A model generated the notes under the pieces. It did not search any database. It was not told the DNA's origin and was given only the letters and a program-made list of their open reading frames with translations. This document shows, one piece after another, positions 39,244 to 51,430 of a stretch of 64,000 bases of DNA. Source of the stretch: Octopus sinensis (Eukaryota); contig NC_043017.1 of assembly GCF_006345805.1 (NCBI RefSeq), positions 15,314,001 through 15,378,000 on the forward strand, in the 5' to 3' direction. Positions within the stretch are counted from its first letter, which is position 1. Each line of letters begins with the position of its first letter. A program made the position numbers and the translations under genes.

Positions 39244-40892
39244 CGGAGGTCATTTAGCTAACTCTCCATAAAAGAGTTGTTTTGGCATCCTTGAATCCTT
39301 CATCCTGACCAGATGACCACTCCATCTGAGCCTTTGCTTTAACACAAGAGCTTCTATACTTTCACACCGAGAGCCTTCCAATATTTCAAGATCACTGTGC
39401 GGTCCTTCCACTTAATGCCATAGATCCGTCTGATGGAAACGTTCCAGTTGTTTAAGGTGGTATCGATATGTGACCCACGTCTCGCAGGCATAGAGACGAG
39501 AAGGGAGCACACATGCCTTGTACACCTTTATCTTCGTCTTTCTGCATATGTCTCGCCGACTCCAGAGGCGCCTTTCTAGCCTTCCGAAAGCAACACTTGC
39601 TTTCCTAATTCTATATGGAATTTCATCATCCAAATTGCTATATCTATTAATAGTGCTTCCCAGGTAGAACAAACTGATCAACTACATCAAGTCGTTTACC
39701 ATACAACATAGATATTTGGTACACTATACTGACTGCTTACCAGGGGCAGGTTGATGCATGACAACAGTTTTTTGAGATTGACTGTCAATCCTAAGGCAGT
39801 GCAAGCATCAGAGAATGCATTCAAAATTGTTGCATATCAACTGTTGTGTGCTCTACTAGCTCACAATCATCTGCATACAAAAGGTCTCTTATGATAGAGG
39901 TAAATACCTTTGTTTTTGCAGCAAGGCGCCTGGATATTAAATATGCTGTCAGAGGTTCGATAATGGACGTAAACACCGTATCTGCAGTTTCTGAATGCAA
40001 TACAAAACACCATCGCAAAATATATGGAAAATAGGGTCGGTGCCAGAATATTCCCCTGTTTCACTCCATTTTGTATTGAACTGGGCTCCGACATTTTCCC
40101 TCTAACATTCGCCCTGCCATTCATGTTTTCATGAAAAGACCTAACCAAAGCAAGGAACTTTTCAGGACACCCAAGTTCCTGGAGGACTTTCCACAATGCT
40201 TTTCTATTGACGGTATCAAAGGCTTTTGTCAGATCGACAAAAACCTGATACAAATCCAGACCCTGTTCCACACACTTCTCCAAAAAACCAAAACATAAAC
40301 TAAAAAAGAGGTATAAGGACTTGCTGAAGGCTTCCTTAAGAGATGCTTGCATCTCTCCTGACACATGGGAAGGCATAGCTATTGATCGTAGCTGGTGGAG
40401 AAGGATTGCGCACGAGGGGACAGCCACTTTTGAGAAATCTCGAGTTGCACATGAGAAAGTAAGTAGGGATGTCAGGAAGGGCATCGCTGTTACACTTCCA
40501 GACGGGAAGGATCTTCCTTTGATGCTGACATGCAATGTCTGTGCAAGACCCTGTCTCAGTAAAGCTGGACTCAAGAGTCATCTTCGTAGTCATAAAGCGA
40601 GACAAATGAGTGACAACCTGGCCACTGGTGGTGGTGTAACACACCATACTAATCATATCTGTCAGGCATGTGGAAGAGAGTGTAATTCGGTCGGAGGACT
40701 TAAACGACATGCAAAGGTACATGAAGCCCAGTTACAACTACAGCCGGCCATTACCGGTAAAGGTTTTAGTTGCCAATTCTGTACAAGACATTGTAGATCT
40801 TTAACTGGGCTAAAAAGTCACATTCGATCACAGCACCGGTAGCAGTTAAGCTTCATGCAATGGCCATACTCGATAACGAGAGGGCAGCCATA
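39244..40892. mobile_element. RTE-clade LINE with 5' inversion (39244-~40285 minus; ~40290-40892 plus)
   Basis: Minus part: 'FVDLTKAFDTVNR', 'GVKQGNILAPTLF', 'LLYADD', 'RLRWSGHLVRM', 'KQLFYGEL'. Plus part: 'KRYKDLLKASL', C2H2 fingers and the 3' tail. Candidate TSD atgtatgcatg at 39233-39243 and 40893-40903. Confidence 0.9.
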
Positions 40893-40999
40893 ATGTATGC
40901 ATGAACGTATATGTTCATTAGCATCCATAATGGAAAATATGTGCATGGAAGATGTGCCATATGTGCCAGTATGGCTTTACACACACACACACAGTCAGT

Positions 41000-41049
<50 letters not shown>

Positions 41050-41078
41050 CATACATACATACATACATACATACATAC

Positions 41079-41161
<83 letters not shown>

Positions 41162-42014
41162 TAGATAGATAGACGTTAGTAGCAGTAGAATTAGCGAAAA
41201 CCAGCAGATTCGCTTGCATAAAGTAGATTATTAATTTAATTTTAATCTGTGCATGGCAGCCATTTTGAAATATTACAATTTCGTGATTAAATCCATAAAT
41301 GAGAGCTGAATATGTGAAACATAAAGCTTTTGAAACTGTTATTTTATGGTGTAATATATAGGTTCACCTGACTAAACCAGAAGGTATGCTCTGTGGTCTG
41401 AGCCACTGGTTACGAGGCTACAAACCCAAGAGTTTGCTTACGCCAAGATCGGTCAACCAAAGGTTTCTACTTTGATGACGTATACAGATACGTCATCAAT
41501 TATGTGTTCAAACTAGATATTGTTTCATCTGTTTGGCTTCAGCCCCAAATTTACGAACCGTAACACTTTAATCATTGCTTCACTTTGTCCATAGTCTTTG
41601 ATCACAGAGTAACTCACGGCAACAATTTACCTATCGGCTGAAGTGTGACTTCAGGAAACTGTTATTGCAAAAACTTTCCGTTTCTTGCTTTTGTGCCCCA
41701 GAAAGCATTTATTGGTTATCTCTTGATATCCAGTATCTTTTGGAATTATGTAGTTTAGAATGCCCTAATTTCGCTCCATTTCTGCTGAATACCGGTAATA
41801 TCGTTTCGTACGTCCCCGGTCTCAGCACTGATCCATAACAGACGAACGTATTTCTGCATGTAGCTTCTTGAAGAAGATGGCCCTTGTGTGAGTTTGATTC
41901 GGAAGTCTGGTGTGTGGGAAGAACCAGCATGGTTGGGGTATTCGATGCTGAAACCTAAATGGTCAAACATGAACGTAAATGTTTCAATTCTTTTCTTTTA
42001 AAGGAGAGGCGAGA

Positions 42015-42114
42015 NNNNNNNNNNNNNNNNNNNNNNNNNNNNNNNNNNNNNNNNNNNNNNNNNNNNNNNNNNNNNNNNNNNNNNNNNNNNNNNNNNNNNN
42101 NNNNNNNNNNNNNN
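42015..42114. other. Assembly gap (100 N)
   Basis: Directly visible. Confidence 1.
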
Positions 42115-42187
42115 TTTGGTTGTGTTGAAGTCACTTAAGGTCGACCCAGGACGGCAGAGTTGCTTGAGAGCAACGCGACACTCGCGG

Positions 42188-42294
<107 letters not shown>

Positions 42295-42344
42295 TCAGAG
42301 AGATAGATAGGTATAGATATATATATAGACTGTTTATCGACACA

Positions 42345-42710
42345 GGTGTGCCTGCGTTGTAAGAAGCTTGTTTCTCAACCACATGGTTCCGGGTTCAGTC
42401 CCACTGTGTGGCACCTTGGGCAAGTGTCTTCTATTATAGCTTTAGGTCCACCAAAGCCCTGTGAGTGGATTTGGCAGACGGAAACTAAAAGAAACCCGTT
42501 GTATATGTATATAAGTTTGAGTTTGTGTGTATAGTGTATATATGTATAAGTGTGTATATGTGTATAAGTGTGTGTGCGCGCGCGTTCGTCCCCTCCATTA
42601 GTGCTTGATGACCGTTGTTGTGTTTACGTCCTCGTAACTTAGCGATTCCGCAATAAAAGAACGAGAGAACAAGTACCAGGCTTGACAAAAAAATAAGTCC
42701 TGCGGTCGAT
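42345..42710 (+). mobile_element. SINE family 2 copy (head, microsatellite middle, 3' part)
   Basis: 'caaccacatggttccgggttcagtcccactgtgtggcaccttgggcaagtg' followed by 'tgtttacgtcctcgtaacttagcg...aagtaccaggctt'. Confidence 0.8.
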
Positions 42711-42876
42711 TATTCTTTTGTTAAGCCTTGTACTTCTTCCATCGGTCTCTTTCGCTGAACCGCTGATTTAGGCGGGGAGGCGTAAACACCCCAACGCTGG
42801 TTGTCAAGCGGTGATGGTAGGACAAATATAGGCACAACCTCCAAACAGACAACATATACGCCGTTCTGTATATATT

Positions 42877-42925
<49 letters not shown>

Positions 42926-42928
42926 TAT

Positions 42929-43266
42929 GGAGATGTACTCGCATAGCAAGTAATTTGATCTGAGATCGTGTGCTGAAACGAAAACAATTGCAGCGTGGAA
43001 GGTGTTTATAAGCCATTTAAGAAACACACAAAAGCCGTTCGATTCACTTCAACATTTAAGTTTAATTTGTCAAATTATCTTCGTCGCTAAAATCCGCGAC
43101 CTGTTCACTGACAAAGTCCGAGATGCAGCACGGACTTTGTCAGCGAACAGGTCGCGGATTTTAGCGACGAAAATATTTTGACAAATTAAACTTAAATGTT
43201 GAAGTGAATCGAACGGCTTTTGTGTGTTTCTTAAATGGCTTATAAACACCTTCCACGCTGCAATTG

Positions 43267-43268
<2 letters not shown>
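42929..43268. mobile_element. Palindromic interspersed element in (TA)n (138-bp inverted arms), probably a Penelope-like terminal-repeat derivative
   Basis: Arms 42983-43120 and 43131-43268 with 3 mismatches and a 10-nt loop. The PLE origin is inferred from the hammerhead-like motif. Confidence 0.75.
43136..43185 (+). ncRNA. Putative minimal type-I hammerhead variant (G3:C8-swapped core)
   Basis: tttgtca-GCGAACA-g-gtcgc(ggatttta)gcgac-GAA-AATATT-T-tgacaaa; the mirror copy on the minus strand (43066-43115) has the GTGAACA core. Confidence 0.5.
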
Positions 43269-43327
<59 letters not shown>

Positions 43328-44174
43328 TGCACGGCGCGTTTGTTGAAACGTGGAATGAAGGCTGCTTGGTCGCAACTCGAGTGACATGAGATGATGCAGC
43401 ATTGAGGTTACCATGAAATGTGGGCTTTAGACATTAACATACGTAAAGCAGAATGTGTGATACAGGCTATGGATAGTTGTTTAATAGATCATATAGATAC
43501 AAAAAGATATCAGCTGATATCCCAGAATAAGTCTGGAATGGCGCAATGCAACTAGCTTCTCTGCGATACGCAGGTTGCAGTTCCGATTCTGACTGCTTTT
43601 ATCCAACCTGGTCTATGATTCGCCATCTCTTGCTATTATATTCTTGTCTTTTGATGAAATATGGAACGCTCGGTTGTATGTTTGTCTGTTTATGATTCTG
43701 AAGGAAGTGAGTTCGTTCCTAGAATCTAGATTTGATAGTATTCTTAATTAAACCAACGTAATATTTTTGCATTTTGTTGCCGTAACCAAAGACATCTGCG
43801 TACAACACTAAGGATTTGAGGCTTTGAATGTCGAGCAGATAACTTATGGCATTCTTGTACCTGCATGTTAAAAAGGTTAACATATCAAGTATGCAATCAT
43901 TTTATCCATAAATGCAGAGCTGTAACTTAGCTTAATGTTGTTTATGCTAAATATTTTATAATATCTATGGTTAATGGGGAAATGCTTTTGTATCATATGA
44001 AAAGTTACTGGCGGCAATTTTACGAGCATTTACGTTTACACTTTCTACGTAGAGTCAGGTTATTTAGAATACTTGATATGTAACTGACATTACATACTTG
44101 CCAGCCATATGCCAATATTCTTAAATTGATTATTAATACTGGAATAAATGTGGATGGCTAAAGCACACACATAC

Positions 44175-44255
<81 letters not shown>

Positions 44256-44276
44256 ATAGATAGATAGATAGATAGA

Positions 44277-44490
44277 TCCCCATATACTGCATTAATATTC
44301 CTCACATTTTCCATTGCGTTGTTTCCTTTATTGAACTCAAAAAGCAAAATATGCGGAATATGATCCTTTGCCACTTCCATTATAACTTTGAAAAAATAAC
44401 CGTTAAAATCGAACTGCACTCTTCAAAACGTGCACTAAGAATGAGCTGAAAATAAAATTACTACTTGCTTTTATAGCAAGTTGATGCAGG
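44277..44490 (-). mobile_element. mariner 5' relic (transposase N-terminus)
   Basis: 'MEVAKDHIPHILLFEFNKGNNAMENVRNINAVYG' resembles the mariner N-terminal HTH region; it is truncated by (GATA)n. Confidence 0.75.
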
Positions 44491-45174
44491 TAGTTCATGC
44501 AATTCCAAAACACCGCATTATTTATGAGATGACCCAATATATGCATATATATACTTATTTAATAATGTATTATATATATATATTGCGTATGTGTGTGTGT
44601 CTGTGTATGTATGTATCTGTGTGTGTGCGTGAGTGTACGCGCGTGGGTGAGTGCGTATGTATATATATATATACACAATGTATACATACATACATGTGCA
44701 TGCATACATACATACATACATACATACATACATACATACCACATACATACATACATACATACACACATACATACATACATACATACATACATACATACAT
44801 ACATACATACATACATACATACATACATACGTTGTTCTACCTTTACAGTAGGAGGACAAACCGAGACGTGCATCTGTTTGTTTTACGCACCGATTGACAT
44901 ATTAACTAAGCAGAAAAGTAATAAAGGATGGAGCGAGAGAGAAAACCGAGATCGAACAATTGTTTACATTAGTGCAGGCCTAGAGGAAAAAACCCAATCT
45001 AATCAATACCTTATATTTTCGCGGTGGTGGTGGTCGTGGTCGGTGTGCCTCTAGTTGTTTTGAGGGGATTTTGCTGTGGTTTTCTGCCTGCTTTTTTTCT
45101 TTGCCTAATTTTCTGTTTGTCGTAGATCAAAGATGAAAGAACATGGATAATTAAAAGCAATCATTCGAAACACA

Positions 45175-45200
45175 AATACTACTACTACTACTACTACTAC

Positions 45201-45255
<55 letters not shown>

Positions 45256-45320
45256 TACTAGTAGTAGTGGTGGTGGTGGTGAGGAGGAGGAGGAGGACGA
45301 CGACGACAACGACGTGATGG
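45175..45320. repeat. Graded compound trinucleotide microsatellite (TAC-TAA-TAG-TGG-GAG-GAC)
   Basis: Directly visible. Confidence 0.9.
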
Positions 45321-46005
45321 AGTTGATGATGTTGATTACTTCAAGAGGCTGATAATAATGTAAAAAATGTTATTCTCTCTTTCCCCCCCCCGCCCGCATC
45401 CGTCACTATTTCTTCGTCTTTCCTGCTTTCTTTAGTTTACAGCAACAACAACAACAACGACAACGACACCGAATTATGATCTCAGCAGCGAAAAATATTT
45501 ATTTATCTTGATGGAGATTTTATTCACCCACCATCACCACCACCACCACCGTCATCATCATCATCATCACCATCATCAACAATGTCATCATCATCATCAT
45601 AATCTCCTCCATTTGGTTCTTACTATCCTCGTAGTTATCACTGTCCTCTTAATTTTCATCATTTAATCATTACCATCAATCACCATCAATCACCACCACC
45701 ACCACCACCACCATTAATAACTAGAACCCTTTCAAATATATTTACTAATTACAATCACATAATCTTTTTTTGCGGGAGTTTTTTTTATGTTTTTTTTTGT
45801 TTTGTTTTTCTTATGTTTGGAGAGTTTTTCTTCTTCCAAAACATTTTCAAAATAAATATTAACAACCGGCAATCGATTTAAACACGAGACTTTAAGCTTA
45901 CGAACTGGCTACATATTTATGTATTTGTAGATATTTTTTTCTTTTTTTGTATGTATGCTCGTGTGTGTGTGTGTATGTATGCACATATATACATATATAT
46001 GTGTG

Positions 46006-46037
<32 letters not shown>

Positions 46038-46064
46038 CTTTATTTTAAGCAGCAGAAAATTCAA

Positions 46065-46114
46065 CAAAATCTGTTACTCTGAGTTTCTCGTTGCCGTTCA
46101 TCAGACAGTTTTTG
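46065..46114 (-). ncRNA. Minimal type-I hammerhead ribozyme motif (PLE terminal repeat)
   Basis: Reverse complement is identical to 52441-52490. Confidence 0.7.
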
Positions 46115-47134
46115 CTAGAATGGAACATATATATTAATTCAATCTATACTCTTACAAACGCTACACCTTTAAAAAGAAATGGACTTGTTTGATTGGCCCT
46201 TTAGAAAAAACGGTCAATCTTCGAGCGATAAACAAAAAGGTCAAAAATATATGTATATATATTATAAAAAAAAAAACTTATAAAAATTATAAAAATTATA
46301 AAATCCGAGGAAAAAAACCGAGGAAAAAACCTATTGCCGTAATGAAGACAGTACAAATTAATGCATAGAAATTAAACCTGTTATAAATACTGCAATACAT
46401 ATTTATATTAAAATCCACATATATATATCAACATACACAAAAGGATGCGCGTAAACGCCATACATACATATACAGACGTATGAATATGAATCTATAAATT
46501 AAACATAAAAGCATGTGTACATATATTCACGCAAACCGTCTCGCACGCAAGCTAAAATTTATCTATGTAGCAATTCTCATATACTGAGCAAGGAGGGGGA
46601 ACGAAAGAAAGGGAAAGAGAGAAAAAAGGAACGAAAGAGGGGTGGGGGGGGGAACTTGTAGCGATGTTATTGGCATCTATAGAGGCCAGTATACATACAC
46701 AAGTTTGAATTGATACATATACATACCGTCGTGTGTAGCGTGTGCTTAAGCACAAGCATACTTTCACTTACACATACACAGATACGCATGCTTACAAATA
46801 CATATGCTTTGCTATACACAAACTTATATAAACATTCTAATTTGACAACATTGCTTTTTTTAAAAAAAAACATTGCTTTTAAAAAATGGGTGCATTATAA
46901 AAATATATACGAAAGACATATAAAATAAAATATAACATCCTATTTTGGGTCATTTATAAATATCAAGGTAAGGTAATATAAAAATCAAGGTAATCCTATG
47001 CAATACAATAACATGAAAAAAAGTTTGTAGGTTTTCCTAATATATATGTAGAAACAATAAGACTTTGCTATAGATCCGTCGTAGCGCTTAAGAGTCAAAA
47101 TCAAAATCAAAAATCAAAATACAAAATATATACT

Positions 47135-49262
47135 CTATCCATATGGTATATTTATATTCGACATTTTAAATTTAGCCGCGTGCCTACATAAGTTCATTAA
47201 CTCACTTCTTTGATTCAAAGAATTATTGTCTTTGAATAATATGTGCATTTTTTCTAATAAGCAAAGCTTGCACTTGAAATTATATTTGTAAGCTCCATGC
47301 CTGTATGGTGCCGCCCTGTCCAGAATGCTCCATGTCACGTTGAAAGGTGGGGCTTCCTTTTCTTTTAGTTCTCAGACATATTTTGCTAGGCTGGTTTTCT
47401 TCCTATTCTCTGGGTATTTAAAAGAATTCTTATGAGAATAAAATTTTGTTTTAAATGAATTTTCTGAAGCCTGTGTATGTCTTGTATTCCGATGAGCCTT
47501 CCACTTGCACCTTGGCTCTATAAACTACTCCTTTCACTAGACATTTCCCTTCTAACGGACAGGAGCTTTCGTTTTTACAATTACATTTCTTAATGGGCTC
47601 GGCACCATGTCTAATCTCAATTAGCTTCCTATTATGTTGGCTAATGTAAGAGGCGAAATTTCTGCAACAAGAATAGCTAACCTTCAGGGTTCTTCTATAA
47701 ATATTCTGTAGAATTTATGACCCTGCTTAAAATGCTTAGAGACTAATCTCAAAAATTCCTTACCTATATTAGTCTTTACGGCCAAATTGAAAGCCGGGTT
47801 GAACCACAAAACTTTCCTGGTCCTAGTTCTTCGTGCAGCATTATTATTAGCATTAAGCTGGTTGAACTGGATCTTCTCCGGGAATCCACTATTCTTTAAT
47901 GCGCTATCGTAATAAGGTGCAGCATTATGGAATGCTGCCTCGTCCGAAGAAATTGAAGATATTCTTCTACCTACATTGCTGACTAAGTTGCTAAGGATAA
48001 CTGGTGGATGGTTCGAATCTTTGCTAATATACGATAGCTTTTCATTGGGCTTACGGAAAGGTTTAAATCTATCCGATCTTACATTAAAATTTACGTCTAA
48101 AAAATCTACACTATTCAGGTTAGTATCTATCGTAATCCGTAAGCCCATCCTTTGAAAGAAAGCTATAAGGTCCTTCCTAAGTCTATCTGATTCATGGCCG
48201 TTTAGATTATGCGTGGCTATAAGGCCGTCATCCCTATATAGACCTGCATCTATAAATGGGAATTCTATTTTTAGATTATGGAGAATAAAGGCTCCTATGA
48301 GCATACATAATTCAGCCCCGTCGTATGCCCCCATCGGTACATCGAAAAGAGAATCCTCAGTCTTCTTAATCCAGGTGGAATCCTCGAAAAACAGAAGCGA
48401 TTTCCTCGCATGCATAATAATTTCAATTTCCGAGCTATCGATGTTGACATACTGCTTGGCGAAGTCCAATGCCCTTAGGAGCAACGTCCTAGATATCGAC
48501 GGGTAAAAGTCAATAATGTCGAATTGTGTGAAACTACAATTATTCTTATAGCTAATACCTTTAAACCAATATAACTGACTTACTATTCTTCCAAATTCTC
48601 AAGTCTACTTCACTATCTAACTTAACTAAAATACGGTCCAAAATATTTTTGCTAATAATTCCTATCTCAGTTTTAGCCGGATTTATCAATCTACATTTGG
48701 GGTTTCTACTAAAATTGTCTTTATGGTCTTTCAGAGTAATAAAAGCTGGTCGTGGTGAAAGGTATTCAATCCTATCGCTAATCTTAAGATCGTTAGCTAT
48801 TCCTCTTGCTTCTAAGTTCACCTCTTTGTATATATTCGTGTTGTCTTTTTTGTATGTGTCCGTGACACTATTCGAAATCAGGCGTTTATAAACGTCCTTA
48901 TCAAGTGCATATAAGTTCCTTGTCTTGTCAGAATTAACGAAGATCTTATTCGAGTCGTTAATCTCCTTAATTTTTTCTCTCATGTTTTTTTGCAATTGGT
49001 TGGTAAATTTGCGGAATTTAATTTTCCTAATAATCCGAAAAGGTCTTTCTCGAAGGCTTCTAATTCCGGAATCGGTGGCGGGTTTCTGGGAGATTTAAAT
49101 CCATATTTGTTACCTTCTATTTCTGTTTATTATCAAAGAAGAAGGCTTTCCATCTCAGTCTTCTAATAAACTCTTCCGTTTTCTCTATAAGGCCTTTGAT
49201 ATATTGTTCCGTGCAGGGATAGGTATATTTTTCTGAGAAAAATCCAGCGGGTAAAGTTCCAT
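47135..49262 (-). pseudogene. Penelope-like RT + GIY-YIG endonuclease ORF (~710 aa, frameshifted); Naiad-like by sequence style
   Basis: 'MELYPLDFSQKNIPIP', 'FIRRLRWKAFFF', 'SDKTRNLY', 'FDIIDFYPSI', 'MGAYDGAE', 'YRDDGL', then 'CNC..CPLEGKC', 'VVY..YTG', 'CKLCLLEK', 'NQRSELMNLCRH'. The clade assignment is inference. Confidence 0.88.
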
Positions 49263-49425
49263 CTTTTTCAGCTGTTTGTTCTTCCTACTTGTGCAGAGTC
49301 GCTCAAACTTTTACAAGGAGCGGGTTAGACCGGAGTAAACACATAAATGTGAAAAAGGTGGAAAAAAGAGTACTCAAATACCAGTGGTAAGTAATATGCT
49401 TTATTTTAAGCAGCAGAAAATTCAA

Positions 49426-49475
49426 CAAAATCTGTTACTCTGAGTTTCTCGTTGCCGTTCATCAGACAGTTTTTG
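49426..49475 (-). ncRNA. Minimal type-I hammerhead ribozyme motif (5' terminal repeat of copy A)
   Basis: Identical to the other two copies. Confidence 0.7.
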
Positions 49476-49479
49476 CTAG

Positions 49480-51430
49480 AAACCCGCCACCGATTCCGGA
49501 ATTAGAAGCCTTCGAGAAAGACCTTTTCGAGATTATTAGGAAAATTAAATTCCGCAAATTTACCAACCAATTGCAAAAAAACATGAGAGAAAAATTAAGG
49601 AGATTAACGACTCGAATAAGATCTTCGTTAATTCTGACAAGACAAGGAACTTATATGCACTTGATAAGGACGTTTATAAACGCCTGATTTCGAATAGTGT
49701 CACGGACACATACAAAAAGACAACACGAATATATACAAAGAGGTGAACTTAGAAGCAAGAGGAATAGCTAACGATCTTAAGATTAGCGATAGGATTGAAT
49801 ACCTTTCACCACGACCAGCTTTTATTACTCTGAAAGACCATAAAGACAATTTTAGTAGAAACCCCAAATGTAGATTGATAAATCCGGCTAAAACTGAGAT
49901 AGGAATTATTAGCAAAATATTTTGGACCGTATTTTAGTTAAGTTAGATAGTGAAGTAGACTTGAGAATTTGGAAGAATAGTAAGTCAGTTATAGAGTGGT
50001 TTAAAGGTATTAGCTATAAGAATAATTGTAGTTTCACACAATTCGACATTATTGACTTTTACCCGTCGATATCTAGACGTTGCTCCTAAGGGCATTGGAC
50101 TTCGCCAAGCAGTATGTCAACATCGATAGCTCGGAAATTGAAATTATTATGCATGCGAGGAAATCGCTTCTGTTTTTCGAGGATTCCACCTGGATTAAGA
50201 AGACTGAGGATTCTCTTTTCGATGTACCGATGGGGGCATACGACGGGGCTGAATTATGTATGCTCATAGGAGCCTTTATTCTCCATAATCTAAAAATAGA
50301 ATTCCCATTATAGATGCAGGTCTATATAGGGATGACGGCCTTATAGCCACGCATAATCTAAACGGCCATGAATCAGATAGACTTAGGAAGGACCTTATAG
50401 CTTTCTTTCAAAGGATGGGCTTACGGATTACGATAGATACTAACCTGAATAGTGTAGATTTTTTAGACGTAAATTTTAATGTAAGATCGGATAGATTTAA
50501 ACCTTTCCGTAAGCCCAATGAAAAGCTATCGTATATTAGCAAAGATTCGAACCATCCACCAGTTATCCTTAGCAACTTAGTCAGCAATGTAGGTAGAAGA
50601 ATATCTTCAATTTCTTCGGACGAGGCAGCATTCCATAATGCTGCACCTTATTACGATAGCGCATTAAAGAATAGTGGATTCCGGAGAAGATCCAGTTCAA
50701 CCAGCTTAATGCTAATAATAATGCTGCACGAAGAACTAGGACCAGGAAAGTTTTGTGGTTCAACCCGGCTTTCAATTTGGCCGTAAAGACTAATATAGGT
50801 AAGGAATTTTTGAGATTAGTCTCTAAGCATTTTAAGCAGGGTCATAAATTCTACAGAATATTTAATAGAAGAACCCTGAAGGTTAGCTATTCTTGTTGCA
50901 GAAATTTCGCCTCTTACATTAGCCAACATAATAGGAAGCTAATTGAGATTAGACATGGTGCCGAGCCCATTAAGAAATGTAATTGTAAAAACGAAAGCTC
51001 CTGTCCGTTAGAAGGGAAATGTCTAGTGAAAGGAGTAGTTTATAGAGCCAAGGTGCAAGTGGAAGGCTCATCGGAATACAAGACATACACAGGGGCTTCA
51101 GAAAATTCATTTAAAACAAGATTTTATTCTCATAAGAATTCTTTTAAATACCCAGAGAATAGGAAGAAAACCAGCCTAGCAAAATATGTCTGGGAACTAA
51201 AAGAAAAGGAAGCCCCACCTTTCAACGTGACATGGAGCATTCTGGACAGGGCGGCACCATACAGGCATGGAGCTTACAAATATAATTTCAAGTGCAAGCT
51301 TTGCTTATTAGAAAAAATGCACATATTATTCAAAGACAATAATTCTTTGAATCAAAGAAGTGAGTTAATGAACTTATGTAGGCACGCGGCTAAATTTAAA
51401 ATGTCGAATATAAATATACCATATGGATAG
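49480..51430 (+). pseudogene. Penelope-like RT + GIY-YIG ORF, copy B (frameshifted)
   Basis: ORF-track pieces 49743-49937, 50080-50313, 50415-50786 and 50753-51430; the last carries the whole endonuclease domain. Confidence 0.88.

Larger units (their letters stand above)
46038..49481 (-). mobile_element. Penelope-like retroelement copy A (near full length, 83-bp terminal direct repeat)
   Basis: The RT + GIY-YIG ORF is flanked by identical segments 46038-46120 and 49399-49481; the left end abuts (TA)n. Confidence 0.92.

Noticed and set aside
47135-51430. Selenocysteine recoding, reported for some Naiad-type PLEs
   Set aside because: The endonuclease-region cysteines are all TGT/TGC in copy B; no in-frame TGA was seen at those positions.
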